IMG/VR virus record: IMGVR_UViG_3300027631_000014
Coordinates: 1 to 64,000 of that record
Direction: 5' to 3' (one strand)
Length of the DNA: 64,000 bases
Source: a virus
The notes beneath the pieces are model-generated. The model was not told the origin of the DNA and did no database searches. It was given only the letters and a program-made list of their open reading frames with translations. This document shows, piece after piece, positions 1 through 10,800 of the stretch (positions within the stretch are counted from its first letter, which is position 1; the number at the start of each line of letters is the position of its first letter). A program made the position numbers and the translations under genes.

Positions 1-803
1 GAACTATTACTGCAGATACATTATCGGGTAAAAATTCGGAAGCGACTAATATCCTGAAAAAATACTTTAGTAAAACTGAATTAGGTCGTGAATATAAACT
101 ATATGATAGTTTACTTAAACGCACTAACTTGTCAGAAGGTAAAGCAGAAGTTATTATTAACACGGTTTTAGAAAGTGCTAAACAATTAAATCGTACTTCT
201 CTTAAAAAACAAAAATACAATTTAATTAATGAGATTAAAAAATACTATAATTTAGAAGATTTTTTTAAATCAAAACTTCCTAATTATAAAGCTCAAGCCG
301 CAGTTTACACGTTAATTGAGGCATACAGCGATAATAAAAAACAGTCTCATGAGCAAATCATCACTAATAAACTATCTTTATTAGAGCATTTAACATCAAA
401 CATAGTTAAATCTAAAGAAACTACATCTGGTATTATGGATGAATTTAATCACCATGATAAAGATACTCGTATTCTAACTTACAAAATATTATTAGAAAAA
501 TTCAATTCCAAATACTCAGATTTTAGCAATAACAAAAAATCTGTTCTTAAAGAATTTATCAATAGTGTAGATAATACAAATAAATTAAAAGAATTTTATA
601 ATTCTAAGATCAATGAAATTAAATCTGAACTTACTTCATTAAATATAAAAACTAAAAACCAAGTTACTAAAATTAAAATAAATGAAGTATCTACATTTTT
701 GGTTAAATTAGATAAAAATGATAAAGTAAATAACGATCATATAGTAAATTTGCTTCAATATTGTGATTTATTAGAAGAACTTCAGCAAGTAAATGGAAAA
801 TAA
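1..803 (+). CDS. Head-module hypothetical protein, 5'-truncated by the window edge
   Basis: Frame of the 129..803 ORF is open back to position 3; lies upstream of the protease/scaffold/capsid genes. Confidence 0.7.
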   Translation, partial: TITADTLSGKNSEATNILKKYFSKTELGREYKLYDSLLKRTNLSEGKAEVIINTVLESAKQLNRTSLKKQKYNLINEIKKYYNLEDFFKSKLPNYKAQAAVYTLIEAYSDNKKQSHEQIITNKLSLLEHLTSNIVKSKETTSGIMDEFNHHDKDTRILTYKILLEKFNSKYSDFSNNKKSVLKEFINSVDNTNKLKEFYNSKINEIKSELTSLNIKTKNQVTKIKINEVSTFLVKLDKNDKVNNDHIVNLLQYCDLLEELQQVNGK

Positions 804-1596
804 AGAGTCAACAGGATTTGAAACAATCAACCCCGAAACTGACCAGGAAACTGGAAAAGTTTCTTGGGATGTTAAATATAAAGCTGACTATGCTTTAGTA
901 TATAAAAGATTTAAAGAACTTAATAAAGCCCTTAAAGATTTTGTCACATACGAAGAGGTTAGAACCGATCCTAAATTAATGGAAGTAGGTAGATGGTTTA
1001 ACACTTTATATAATACATTTAGAACTCACATTCGAAGAGAATATCCAAAACAATTTAAACAACTTCAAACAATAGATGAAAGTCTAATTAAAGAACTTAT
1101 TCGTAAATCATTAGGGGAAGAAAGTGCTACTGGAGCGGGTGCTGGTGCAGGACATTTTGAACCAGGTACTGGTGCTAATTACGCTACACCAAACGCATTC
1201 AACCCAAATAAAAAAGCTAATGGCGCTCAAAATATATATTACTATAAATTGGGTTGGAAACCAGTTGATGCTGAAAAATTACATAAGCAAGCTAAAGGTA
1301 TTGAACATAAAGATTTGTGGAAGAAAAAATTAGAAGAAACTGAAGAGTCTTCTGAAGCCTATGTTAGTTCATTAAATTTACCTGATCCATCACTAAAACA
1401 ATTTATCGAAACTAGAGTAACTGATTTTGATAAAATAGAAGATAAATTAAATACATTGCTTCCTTTATTGAAAAAAGCAAAAACTGAAACTATGGAGTAT
1501 TATAAAACATCTCCTGATTTTCAAGTTAAATATGGTACGGATTTAGCAGTAGATTACTTAGACGACTTAATAACACTATTTAAAGACAAAAAATAA
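793..1596 (+). CDS. Hypothetical protein, probable prohead core/internal head protein
   Basis: 267 aa; several L/I-x-E sites (IDE, IKE, LGE, LEE) like T4 gp21 cleavage sites; head-module context. Confidence 0.55.
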   Translation: MENKESTGFETINPETDQETGKVSWDVKYKADYALVYKRFKELNKALKDFVTYEEVRTDPKLMEVGRWFNTLYNTFRTHIRREYPKQFKQLQTIDESLIKELIRKSLGEESATGAGAGAGHFEPGTGANYATPNAFNPNKKANGAQNIYYYKLGWKPVDAEKLHKQAKGIEHKDLWKKKLEETEESSEAYVSSLNLPDPSLKQFIETRVTDFDKIEDKLNTLLPLLKKAKTETMEYYKTSPDFQVKYGTDLAVDYLDDLITLFKDKK

Positions 1597-1597
1597 A

Positions 1598-2377
1598 ATG
1601 GCACAAACACTTCAAGAACATTATAACTCAATTAAGAGTGGTAAAGGAAATAAAACACAATTCTTAAGACAAGCGAGAGAAATGTTTCCTCAATATTTCA
1701 ATCAATATTCAGATTTCGATACTACTACAAATGTATTAAGATCTAAACAAATTATTAGTGAAACAACAACTAATGTTGTTACTAAAGGATTTGATATCTA
1801 CGATTGGAAAAAGATTTTAGCTGAAGAAGTTAAAGCTGAAGAAAAAGAAACATCTAAAGAAGTTAAAGACGCAAATAAAAATGCGTATCAACCATCAGAC
1901 ATGAAAAATGCTGATAACGTTAACTTCAATGAAATCATGAAAGGATTTTATGCTGAATTAAAAGATCCTAAAAACCATGATAAAACAAGTGAAGAAATTA
2001 AAGCTATGGTTGTTAAAAACTTAGCTAAAGATTGTTTACACTATACTAAAGATGGTATGTTTGGTGAAAAAGGTGTAGGATACGTTATTGAAGCCCCAGG
2101 TTTAGGTACTCCAAAAGAGGCTAAAGGCAAACATAAATCTTCAGGATATGGTGATATTGAAAAAGAAGTAAAAGTAAAATCAAATGTTCAAGACTCATTA
2201 GGTGATAAAGAAGCAGAAACTTCAATGCCTAAAAAAGTTAAAGAAATGTCTGTAACGCCTAAAAATTCAGCTGGTGTTAAAAAAATGAAGATGCCTGGTA
2301 ATGAAAAAACAATGAAGTTGCAAGAATCTAAATTCCGTTCTGTACTTAAATCAATGATTAAAGAAACATTAAAATAA
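1598..2377 (+). CDS. Hypothetical protein, probable internal head protein
   Basis: 259 aa, K/E-rich, L/I-x-E sites (LQE, ISE, LAE, IKE); directly upstream of the protease. Confidence 0.55.
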   Translation: MAQTLQEHYNSIKSGKGNKTQFLRQAREMFPQYFNQYSDFDTTTNVLRSKQIISETTTNVVTKGFDIYDWKKILAEEVKAEEKETSKEVKDANKNAYQPSDMKNADNVNFNEIMKGFYAELKDPKNHDKTSEEIKAMVVKNLAKDCLHYTKDGMFGEKGVGYVIEAPGLGTPKEAKGKHKSSGYGDIEKEVKVKSNVQDSLGDKEAETSMPKKVKEMSVTPKNSAGVKKMKMPGNEKTMKLQESKFRSVLKSMIKETLK

Positions 2378-2379
2378 TT

Positions 2380-2982
2380 ATGAAATCATTACTTATAGAA
2401 GTTACTCCACTTACCATATCACCACAGGCACTTAACGAGTCTCGTGATAAAGTATCTGGTAACCCATTAGTTGAAACTATATTAACTACTGTTGAAGAAA
2501 AAAATGGTAATGGAAGATATTATTCAAAAGAGTTATGGGAAAGAGAAATAAATAAGTATGCTGTATTAGTTAATGAAAGAAGAGCATTAGGAGAATTAGA
2601 CCACCCAGACTCACAAATTATTAATTTAAAAAATGTATCACATAATATTACCAAAGTGTGGTGGGATGGAAATAAAATAATGGGTATATTGGAAATACTC
2701 CCTACACCATCAGGTAATATATTAAAATCATTAATTGAATCAGGTATTAAAGTGGGCGTTTCATCTCGTGGAATGGGAAGTTTAAAACAAGTAGGTGAAG
2801 TATTAGAAGTACAAGACGATTTTGATTTATTAGGATGGGACGTAGTATCTACACCATCAAACCCAAACAGCTGGATATCTCCATTGAATGAAGGTAAAAC
2901 AACAACATTAAATCCATACAATAAAGTAGATTCTATTGTAACAGAAATACTTTGTTCAAATGGTGCTTGTCCAATATTTTAA
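2380..2982 (+). CDS. Prohead core protease (T4 gp21-like)
   Basis: Motifs NGNGRYY, ALGELDHP, VSH, TPSG, GVSSRGMGS, D-VSTPS. Confidence 0.93.
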   Translation: MKSLLIEVTPLTISPQALNESRDKVSGNPLVETILTTVEEKNGNGRYYSKELWEREINKYAVLVNERRALGELDHPDSQIINLKNVSHNITKVWWDGNKIMGILEILPTPSGNILKSLIESGIKVGVSSRGMGSLKQVGEVLEVQDDFDLLGWDVVSTPSNPNSWISPLNEGKTTTLNPYNKVDSIVTEILCSNGACPIF

Positions 2983-2994
2983 AATAAAAATAAT

Positions 2995-3165
2995 ATGAAA
3001 AAAATAATAAATGAACAATTTCTTCATATGCAAAAACTTGCAGGTTTAATTACTGAAGAAGAATATAAGGCTAAATTATGGTATAAAAAATATTCTGAAA
3101 ATATATCTAAAGCATTAGATGAATTAAAACAAACATTAAAAAGTGAAGGTTATAATGCTAAATGA
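2995..3165 (+). CDS. 56-aa protein missing from the ORF track (MKKIINEQFLHMQKLAGLITEEEY...)
   Basis: Translated by hand: ATG 2995, TGA 3163; A-rich upstream; MxxLAGL motif shared with the scaffold C-terminus. Confidence 0.65.
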   Translation: MKKIINEQFLHMQKLAGLITEEEYKAKLWYKKYSENISKALDELKQTLKSEGYNAK

Positions 3166-3400
3166 AGACAATAAATCTATTTTAGATCTAGTAAATTATA
3201 TAGATTCTAAAATTGTAATTCTTCGTAAAGACAATAAATTTTCAAAAAATATTATAGATAGTTTATCTAATTTATACAATCTTACTGTTGGAGAATGGAT
3301 GAGTAGAAATTACATATCTAATATTGAACCTAGTTCTAGTGAAGAAGAAGAAATAGTAAATAAACTTTTAGAAATAATTGATTTTTTAAATACACTTTAA
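3155..3400 (+). CDS. Hypothetical protein (MLNEDNKS...)
   Basis: ATG at 3155 overlaps the end of the 2995 ORF; may be the frameshifted C-terminal part of that gene. Confidence 0.5.
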   Translation: MLNEDNKSILDLVNYIDSKIVILRKDNKFSKNIIDSLSNLYNLTVGEWMSRNYISNIEPSSSEEEEIVNKLLEIIDFLNTL

Positions 3401-3427
3401 CCCCCCTCTAGATAGTATCTTTAGGCC

Positions 3428-3464
3428 AAAGCGTTCCCTTAAAAAAGGAGCGCTTTTACTTTCC
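3428..3464 (+). terminator. Intrinsic terminator
   Basis: AAAGCGTTCC...GGAGCGCTTTT stem followed by T-rich tail. Confidence 0.65.
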
Positions 3465-3496
3465 TTTGTGTTTTTAATATATCTGCATATATGTAT
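3465..3496 (+). promoter_or_regulatory. Promoter of the scaffold/capsid operon (TTTG-N19-TATATGTA)
   Basis: Variant of the recurring upstream motif; TTTG at 3465, TATATGTA at 3488. Confidence 0.55.
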
Positions 3497-3604
3497 AGCA
3501 AATGTGCCCAATTCTATGAGGCGCTAAATTAATAAAACTTATTACGCTTCGAAGATTCCTTCATATTAAGCGTATTTCCAAAACAAAAAAACAATTTAGG
3601 AAAA

Positions 3605-4552
3605 ATGGCAACAAACAGAGACTTGCTTAAAGAAGCAATCGCAGATGCTAAAACTGTTAAAGAAACAGCTATTGCAAACGCTAAAGCCGCTCTAGAAGAA
3701 GCATTTACTCCCTACCTTAAAGAAAAATTATCCATGAAAATTAATGAAATGGATGAAATGGATGAAGAGGAAATGGATAAAGGAATGTATGAAGAAGAGA
3801 TGGACGAAGAAGTTACACTAGATGAACTTTTAGCAGAATTAGAAGAAGGTGAAGACGAAATGGAAGAAAACCTTTTCGAAGCTGAAGAAGAAGAAGAAAA
3901 AGAAGAAGAGGAAATGTCTATTGAAGACATGGACGTGGACGAAAATGATTTGAAATCTTTTATCGAAGACGTTATCAAAGACATGGTTAGCGCAGGGGAA
4001 CTTGAGGCTGGACATGAAGGTGAAAATGAGGAAGAAGAAGAAATGGAATTAGAACCAGAAGAAGGTGAAGGTGAAGAAGACGAAGAAGTTAATCTTGATG
4101 AATTATTAAATGAAGAAGACGATATGTCTGAATCAAATGTTGATCTTGATGAGCTTTTAGCTGAATTAGAAGGTGATAAAGAATTAGAAGAATCAAATGA
4201 AGAACTTGAAGAAGCTATGGCTACAATTGCTGTGCTTAGAAAAGATCTTAATGAAGTTAACTTACTAAACGCTAAATTACTTTACACTAACAAAATCTTC
4301 CGTAACAAATCTTTAACGGAATCACAAAAAATCAAAGTTTTGACAGCTTTTGACAAAGCAACAACTAAAAAAGAAGTTGAATTAGTTTATGAAACTTTAA
4401 ATGAAGGACTAAAAGTATCTACAATTACAAAATCCCCAATTAAAGAATCATTAAGTTCAGCATCTAAAGCTTTAGGCAGTGCAAAATCAAAACCAATTAT
4501 CGAACATGATGCTTTCGCTCGTATGCGCGAATTAGCAGGATTAAAAAAGTAA
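3605..4552 (+). CDS. Prohead scaffolding protein (gp22-like)
   Basis: Very acidic coiled-coil, between protease and capsid genes; repeated (V/T)xLDELL(A/N)E. Confidence 0.85.
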   Translation: MATNRDLLKEAIADAKTVKETAIANAKAALEEAFTPYLKEKLSMKINEMDEMDEEEMDKGMYEEEMDEEVTLDELLAELEEGEDEMEENLFEAEEEEEKEEEEMSIEDMDVDENDLKSFIEDVIKDMVSAGELEAGHEGENEEEEEMELEPEEGEGEEDEEVNLDELLNEEDDMSESNVDLDELLAELEGDKELEESNEELEEAMATIAVLRKDLNEVNLLNAKLLYTNKIFRNKSLTESQKIKVLTAFDKATTKKEVELVYETLNEGLKVSTITKSPIKESLSSASKALGSAKSKPIIEHDAFARMRELAGLKK

Positions 4553-4587
4553 AATTAACAATTTAAAAAACAATTAAAAACAAAAAA

Positions 4588-6318
4588 ATGAGTGCAATTC
4601 AATCTTTATTAGAATCAGCTAACCCATGGAAATCGTTACAAAGCGATGCTGGGAAATTAGCGACCAAGTGGGCTAAAACAGGCTTACTTGAAGGCTTTGG
4701 TACAGAAGTAGACAAGAACAACATGGCTATTATCTTAGAAAACCAAGCAAAACAATTAGTAATGGAAAACAGTGCAACTGGAGCTTCTCCAAACGCTGGT
4801 ACATTTACTGTAGGACAATCTGAAAACTGGGCAGGTATCGCTTTACCAATGGTACGTAAGGTATTTGGTCAAATCGCAGCTAAAGAATTCGTTTCTGTTC
4901 AACCAATGAACTTACCATCAGGTCTAGTGTTTTTCTTAGATTTCCAATACGGAACTGACAAGAATCCATTTGCGACAGGTGATTCACTTTATGGTGCACG
5001 TAACGCTAGTGGTCGTTTTCCATTCCAATCAACTGGTACAACTGGTGGTTTATATGGTGCTGGCCGTTTCGCTTACACTACTAACCAATTTTCAGCTTCT
5101 GTTCCTTTAACAGGTTCAGCTAATGGAGGTGCATTACCAACAGTAGGAGCAGGTACAGGTTCATTTATTGCTGCTACATGGGCAGAAGTAAATTTTGACT
5201 CTGATTTATCAGCTTCAGCAGCAGGAGGTAGAATTTACAAAATCACTACTCCAACAGCTACTTTATCATCATTTGATCCGGATGCAGTTCGTGCATTTGT
5301 AGTATTAACTGGTTCATTAGCTACTGTAGCTTCTGCTTTACCAGCATTTACTACTTACAATTATACAGCAAATACAATTTCATTCTTTGTTACAGCTTCA
5401 TCTACATTAACTGCAGCAGTTGCTGGTCAGTACATGACAGTTGAATATAACAAAACAACTGCTGATAATAATCGTGGTGATTTTGAAGATACAGCTGCTC
5501 CTTCATTCTCAACTCCGAATGCAGAAAGTGCAACTTCAATTGCAATCCCTGAAATTAACATCAAAATGCAATCTCAAGCAATTACTGCTAAGACTAAAAA
5601 GTTAAAAGCAGTATGGACTCCTGAGTTTGCACAAGATTTAAATGCTTACCAGAATATCGATGCTGAAGCTGAATTAACTAACATTATGAGTGAATACATT
5701 TCAATGGAAATTGATTTGGAGATCTTAGACATGTTAATTGAAGATGCAGCTGCTGCAACTGAATACTGGACAGTATTAAACAACGGTGTTTATAATCCAT
5801 CTAACGCTAACGGATTTGATTTTCCAACTTCAACTAGCCAAACAGGATTCTACAACACTCAAGGTGCTTGGTTCTCTACTTTAGGTACTAAAATGCAAAA
5901 AGTAAGTAACAAAATTCACCAGTTAACTTTAAGAGGTGGTGCAAATTTCTTAGTATGTTCTCCAACAGTTGCTACTGTTTTAGAATCAATCCCAGGATTT
6001 GCTGCTAACTCTAACGGTGATGCTGCTAATATGGAATTTGCAATGGGTGTTCAGAAAGTTGGTGCTATCAACAATCGTTACACAGTGTACAAGAATCCAT
6101 ATATGACTGAGAACGTTATTTTAATGGGCTTTAGAGGTAAACAATTCTTGGAAACAGGTGCTGTTTTTGCTCCATATATTCCATTAATCATGACTCCATT
6201 AGTTTATGATCCGAATACATTTACTCCACGTAAAGGTTTAATGACTCGTTACGCGAAGAAAATGTTACGTCCAGAATTTTATGGAAAAATTTATGTAAGC
6301 GGCTTAACTAGCTTGTAA
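4588..6318 (+). CDS. Major capsid protein (T4 gp23 family)
   Basis: LENQ, VSVQPMNLPSGLVFFL, AKTKKLKAVWTPEFAQDL, EIDLEI, APYIPL, FTPRKGLMTRY. Confidence 0.96.
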   Translation: MSAIQSLLESANPWKSLQSDAGKLATKWAKTGLLEGFGTEVDKNNMAIILENQAKQLVMENSATGASPNAGTFTVGQSENWAGIALPMVRKVFGQIAAKEFVSVQPMNLPSGLVFFLDFQYGTDKNPFATGDSLYGARNASGRFPFQSTGTTGGLYGAGRFAYTTNQFSASVPLTGSANGGALPTVGAGTGSFIAATWAEVNFDSDLSASAAGGRIYKITTPTATLSSFDPDAVRAFVVLTGSLATVASALPAFTTYNYTANTISFFVTASSTLTAAVAGQYMTVEYNKTTADNNRGDFEDTAAPSFSTPNAESATSIAIPEINIKMQSQAITAKTKKLKAVWTPEFAQDLNAYQNIDAEAELTNIMSEYISMEIDLEILDMLIEDAAAATEYWTVLNNGVYNPSNANGFDFPTSTSQTGFYNTQGAWFSTLGTKMQKVSNKIHQLTLRGGANFLVCSPTVATVLESIPGFAANSNGDAANMEFAMGVQKVGAINNRYTVYKNPYMTENVILMGFRGKQFLETGAVFAPYIPLIMTPLVYDPNTFTPRKGLMTRYAKKMLRPEFYGKIYVSGLTSL

Positions 6319-6336
6319 TCATAAATTACAATAAAT

Positions 6337-6369
6337 AAAAAAGTCGGGCCCGTAAGCTCGGCTTTTTTT
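6337..6369 (+). terminator. Intrinsic terminator after the capsid gene
   Basis: AAGTCGGGC/GCTCGGCTT stem, T7 tail, A-run upstream. Confidence 0.85.
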
Positions 6370-6388
6370 GTTCTAAAATATTACACCC

Positions 6389-6396
6389 ATATTTAT
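6389..6396 (+). promoter_or_regulatory. Putative late-promoter core ATATTTAT (first copy; also 7093, 7411, 11925, 18106, 20695, 21673, 22922, 24738, 26380, 28868, 36461, 37711, 55921, 56429, 61250, 63476)
   Basis: Same octamer in short intergenic gaps upstream of virion, lysis and leader-bearing genes. Confidence 0.7.
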
Positions 6397-6407
6397 CAAT
6401 AAAAGCT

Positions 6408-7091
6408 ATGTCTCAAAATCCAAATGTAGAAGTTTTCACAAACAAGAAAAAACTTAAAGGTCCTATCAAATTTAAAATAGAACTCAACTCAGAACAAAAA
6501 GAAGCAAAACAAGCCATCTTAGATTGTCCAGTAGTATTATTAAAAGGAATGGCAGGTAGTGGTAAAACATTAGTTGCATGTCAAGCAGCTTTAGATTTAG
6601 TTTTTAAAAAAGAGATGGAGAAAATAATTATTACTCGTCCTACTGTATCTAAAGAAGAAATTGGTTTTCTACCAGGTGATTTAAAAGAAAAAATGGATCC
6701 ATGGTTAGCTCCAATTTATGCTAATTTATACCTTTTATATGATAAAGAAAAAATCGATAAAATGGTTTTAGAAAATCAAATTGAAGTAGTACCATTTGCA
6801 TTTATGAGGGGTAGAACGTTTCCTAATGCGTTTGTAATCGTTGATGAATGCCAAAATATAACACACTCACAAACAGAAATGATGTTAGGTCGTTTAGGTA
6901 AAGGAGGAAAAATAGTGTTTTGTGGTGATTTAGCTCAAGTAGATTTAAAAAGCAAAAAAGATTCAGGTATTGGATTTTTCCCACGCCTAGAAGAAAGAAT
7001 TAAAGGTGTTAAGATTATTAGTTTAAAGAAAAATCATCGTCATGAAATAGTAGAAGAAATTCTAAAAACATACGAAGAATTTAGAGACTAA
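6408..7091 (+). CDS. phoH: PhoH-family ATPase
   Basis: GMAGSGKT Walker A, ITRP, GFLPGDLKEK, MRGRTF, VDECQN, GDLAQVD, HRH. Confidence 0.93.
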   Translation: MSQNPNVEVFTNKKKLKGPIKFKIELNSEQKEAKQAILDCPVVLLKGMAGSGKTLVACQAALDLVFKKEMEKIIITRPTVSKEEIGFLPGDLKEKMDPWLAPIYANLYLLYDKEKIDKMVLENQIEVVPFAFMRGRTFPNAFVIVDECQNITHSQTEMMLGRLGKGGKIVFCGDLAQVDLKSKKDSGIGFFPRLEERIKGVKIISLKKNHRHEIVEEILKTYEEFRD

Positions 7092-7146
7092 AATATTTAT
7101 AATTATAAAATAACTGTTGTTAAATAAGTTCTTAAAACATACTAAT

Positions 7147-7383
7147 ATGAAATTAATGAAAAATTATTACAAACCAACTCCTACAAAATGGAGAAGAATA
7201 GGAGATTCATTATTAGCTTGCGCCGCAGTAGTTGGTGGGGGTGGATTAATGGCTTATGATCAATTAAAAGAAGTTTACTCACCACATGAATTAAAAGTAA
7301 TTATTGGTGCGGTATTGGTTGTTGGTATATTAGGAAAATTCTTAACAAATTTCTTTAAAGAAGATTCTATATCTCAAAATTAA
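7147..7383 (+). CDS. Small two-TM membrane protein, putative holin
   Basis: KPTPTKWRRIGD followed by two hydrophobic helices; late motif at 7093; ATG start at 7147 preferred. Confidence 0.5.
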   Translation: MKLMKNYYKPTPTKWRRIGDSLLACAAVVGGGGLMAYDQLKEVYSPHELKVIIGAVLVVGILGKFLTNFFKEDSISQN

Positions 7384-7432
7384 TTTACTACAATGAAGAC
7401 ATTTTTGTTAATATTTATAACAAAATACTCAA

Positions 7433-7813
7433 ATGTCAGCAGGTAGATACTCTTTTACAATAGAACAAGGTTCAACATTAAATTTAGAACTTCAATACAA
7501 AGACAGTAACGGAAATTCTGTAAATCTCTCCAGTTATGGAGGTAGAATGCAAATTCGTCCTTCTGTAGGTTCCGCTACTATTTATCTTACATTAAGTAGT
7601 TCATTAAACGCAGATGGTACTGGATTAAATTTCAGTGGTTCAAATGGTCAAACATCACCTTCTTCAGGATCAATTGGAATGTATATTTCAGCTGCTTCTT
7701 CTTCTGCATTAAATTTTGATATGGGAGTATATGATTTAGAAATATATTCTGGAAGTTTTGTAACAAGAATTTTAGAAGGTCAAATTAAATTATCTAAAGA
7801 AGTAACTCGCTAA
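7433..7813 (+). CDS. Virion structural protein (BppU N-terminal-like adaptor)
   Basis: IEQGST, GVYDLEI, TRILEG...SKEVTR pattern typical of fibre-anchoring domains. Confidence 0.55.
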   Translation: MSAGRYSFTIEQGSTLNLELQYKDSNGNSVNLSSYGGRMQIRPSVGSATIYLTLSSSLNADGTGLNFSGSNGQTSPSSGSIGMYISAASSSALNFDMGVYDLEIYSGSFVTRILEGQIKLSKEVTR

Positions 7814-10800
7814 TGTCAAATGGCTGCATAGGACCAATCAACATAATTCCTGATAACAATGAAGTAATACTACAAGATGTTAATCAGGTAATAACAGTAA
7901 TAGACAATAACTGTTGTACAACTGTAGACATTACTCAACCAACAACTGCTGTAGTTCAAATATTAACTGGACCTATGGGGCAATTCCCAACAGAAGGTTC
8001 TTTTGGATTTACAGGTTCGTTTGATATATCTGGTTCATTAACTGTAACAGGAAGTATATCTTCTAATTACATTCAATCTCCATATTTTACAGGTTCATTT
8101 TACGGAAATGGAACAGGAATATTCTCAGGATCTTTTAGTGGTTCTATTTCTTCTAACTTACAAGAAGTAACAGATAATGGAGCGACTACAACTAACGTTA
8201 TTAGTGCTTCTGGTTTAGATACAAATGCTTTAAATGTTTTAGGTAATGTTAATGTAACAGGATCTTTAATAGTAAGTGGTTCAAATACATTTAGAAATAT
8301 AGGTCCTGCTCAATTTACAGGTTCTACAGATATAACAGGAAGTTTAAGTGTTAATGGGGTAGATTATGAATTTACCTCTGCTTCATTTGATACTAGAATT
8401 TTAAACAATTCATCTAGTATATCTCTTTTGTCAGGAAGTTTCCTAAACACATCAGGTTCATTAAGTACTAGGGTAACAGATTTAGAAAGCTTTAGTTCTT
8501 CATTAGATGCTACATTTGCTACTGATGCTGAATTAAATGCTGCAACTGCTTCATTAAGTGGTTCAATTTCATATTTAAGTAGTAGCTACTTAGATTCAAG
8601 TGCATCATTTAATACTAGAATCTTAGACAACTCATCTAGTATAGCTTTATTGTCAGGAAGTTTCACAAATTTTAGTTCATCATATAGTACAGGTTCATTT
8701 ACAGGTTCATTTACTGGTTCTTTAAAAGGAATAGCTGCAAGTGCATCATATGCATCAACTGCATCATATGTACTAAATGCAGTTTCAAGTTCTTTTTCAT
8801 CAACTGCATCTTACTTAAACACACTAAACCAAGATCTAACATTTAATGGAAATTTAATATTAAATGGAACAGCATCTATAACTTATTTAGATGTTACTTA
8901 CGAATCTGCATCTGTAATTTACTCATCAGGTTCAAATCAATTAGGAGATGCTACCAATGATATACAAACCTTAATAGGAACAGTAAAAATAAGTGGAAGC
9001 TTACAAGTAACAGGAAGTACAAATATACCAAGTATAACAGGTTCATTATTAGGAACCTCAAGTTATGCTATAAATGCCGCAACAGCGTCAAATATACTTG
9101 GTGGTAAAGCAACACATATACCGTTTTTTATAACGGACACTACATTAGCTACTAGTTCAATATATCAATCAGGATCGACTAGTATAATAATTAATCAAGA
9201 TGCAAATACAACTGCAAATCCAGAAGCATTATATGTTTGGCAACCAAGTACTTCATCATTTAATGTAATAAGTGGTAAAGGAAACTTAAACAATTACTTA
9301 CAGTTAAATATACAAAATACAAATCAAGGAGTAACAGCATCTTCAGATGTAGTAGCTACAGCCAATAATGGTAATGAGTTTACTAATTACATTGATATGG
9401 GTATCAACAATGAAAACTTCTCAGGAGACATTGGTGGTCCAAACGCTGGATATTTGTATTCTACAGGTCAGCATTTACATATAGGAAATGCATCAAACTT
9501 TCCAATTCAATTTTTTGCAGGTGGGCTTGATTCTGATGCTAATAGAAAATTACAACTAAGTCCAAACAACTACCATGAAATGACTGGTTCATTGGATGTT
9601 AGTGGAAGTATAGTTGTATTAGATGGTATAACTGGTTCATTACAAGGAACAGCAAGTTATGCAAATAATGCTTTAACAGCTTCTTATGCATCTAATTCCG
9701 ATTTATTAGACGGAAAAGATAGTAGTATATTTGCAACAACTGGTTCAAATGTGTTTATTGGAAATCAAATAGTAACTGGTTCTTTATTTACAACTGGCTC
9801 AAATACATTAATAGGTTCTACTACTTTAACAGGTTCATTAAGTATATCTGGTTCGACAGTACAAGTAGGAAATAATACACTTTTAGGCAATACAATTTTA
9901 TCTGGAAGTATTGTTATATCTAGTTCATTGGCACCTGGTAACTTATCAGCATCAGTAAATATTTTTGGTGATACAGCAGTAACTGGTTTTATCAAATTCA
10001 ATCCTTACTCTACAAACATAGATACTAGCATATCAGCATCTTATGTTTTTGTTTCAGGTTCTACAAATGACTTGTATTTTTCTCAAAATGGAAATGGATA
10101 TAATAACACAACTCGTTTGCGTTGGTTAGAAGGAAATTTATATACTGGTTTATTAAATGGAGCATTAATTACAACGGCATCTGCAACTACATTTAATATT
10201 AGTAGTGGTTCTGGTGTTATAGTTAGTTTAAATGCTTCATTAAACGATAATCCATACCCAACAATTCAATATGTAAATTGGGGCAACTTAACCAACCAAC
10301 CATTAACATATAGAACATCATCAGTACAAACATTTGTTGGTATTGATTCTAATGGGCAAATAATCCAACAAACAAATCCATGGATTGATGGTCAATATAA
10401 CACATCAATTTCAGTTGGTACAGTAATACATCAAAATTTAAGTACAATAAACGCTAGTATTACTTATCCAAATGTAGCTTATGGCTACAAACAAAGAACA
10501 TATGACTTTATAAAAGCATTCGGACCATTAAAGTTGTCAGGGTGTATATTAGCTGTAAGTGGTTCATCAACAGGAAGTTTAATAGTAGGAAGTGGAACAG
10601 CATTTGCTGATGGTAGAAATTATCAAGTAGATCCAAACAACCCATCATATATAACAGATCAAGGAACAACAGTATCAAAAATATTTAGGTACTATGAGTC
10701 TGGTTCTACTTTTGTTCAAGATACAAATGGTGGATTAGGATATGGAGCAATCGATCCTCTTAACTACAATCTTAATGGAACTCTAACACCAGTACCTGGT

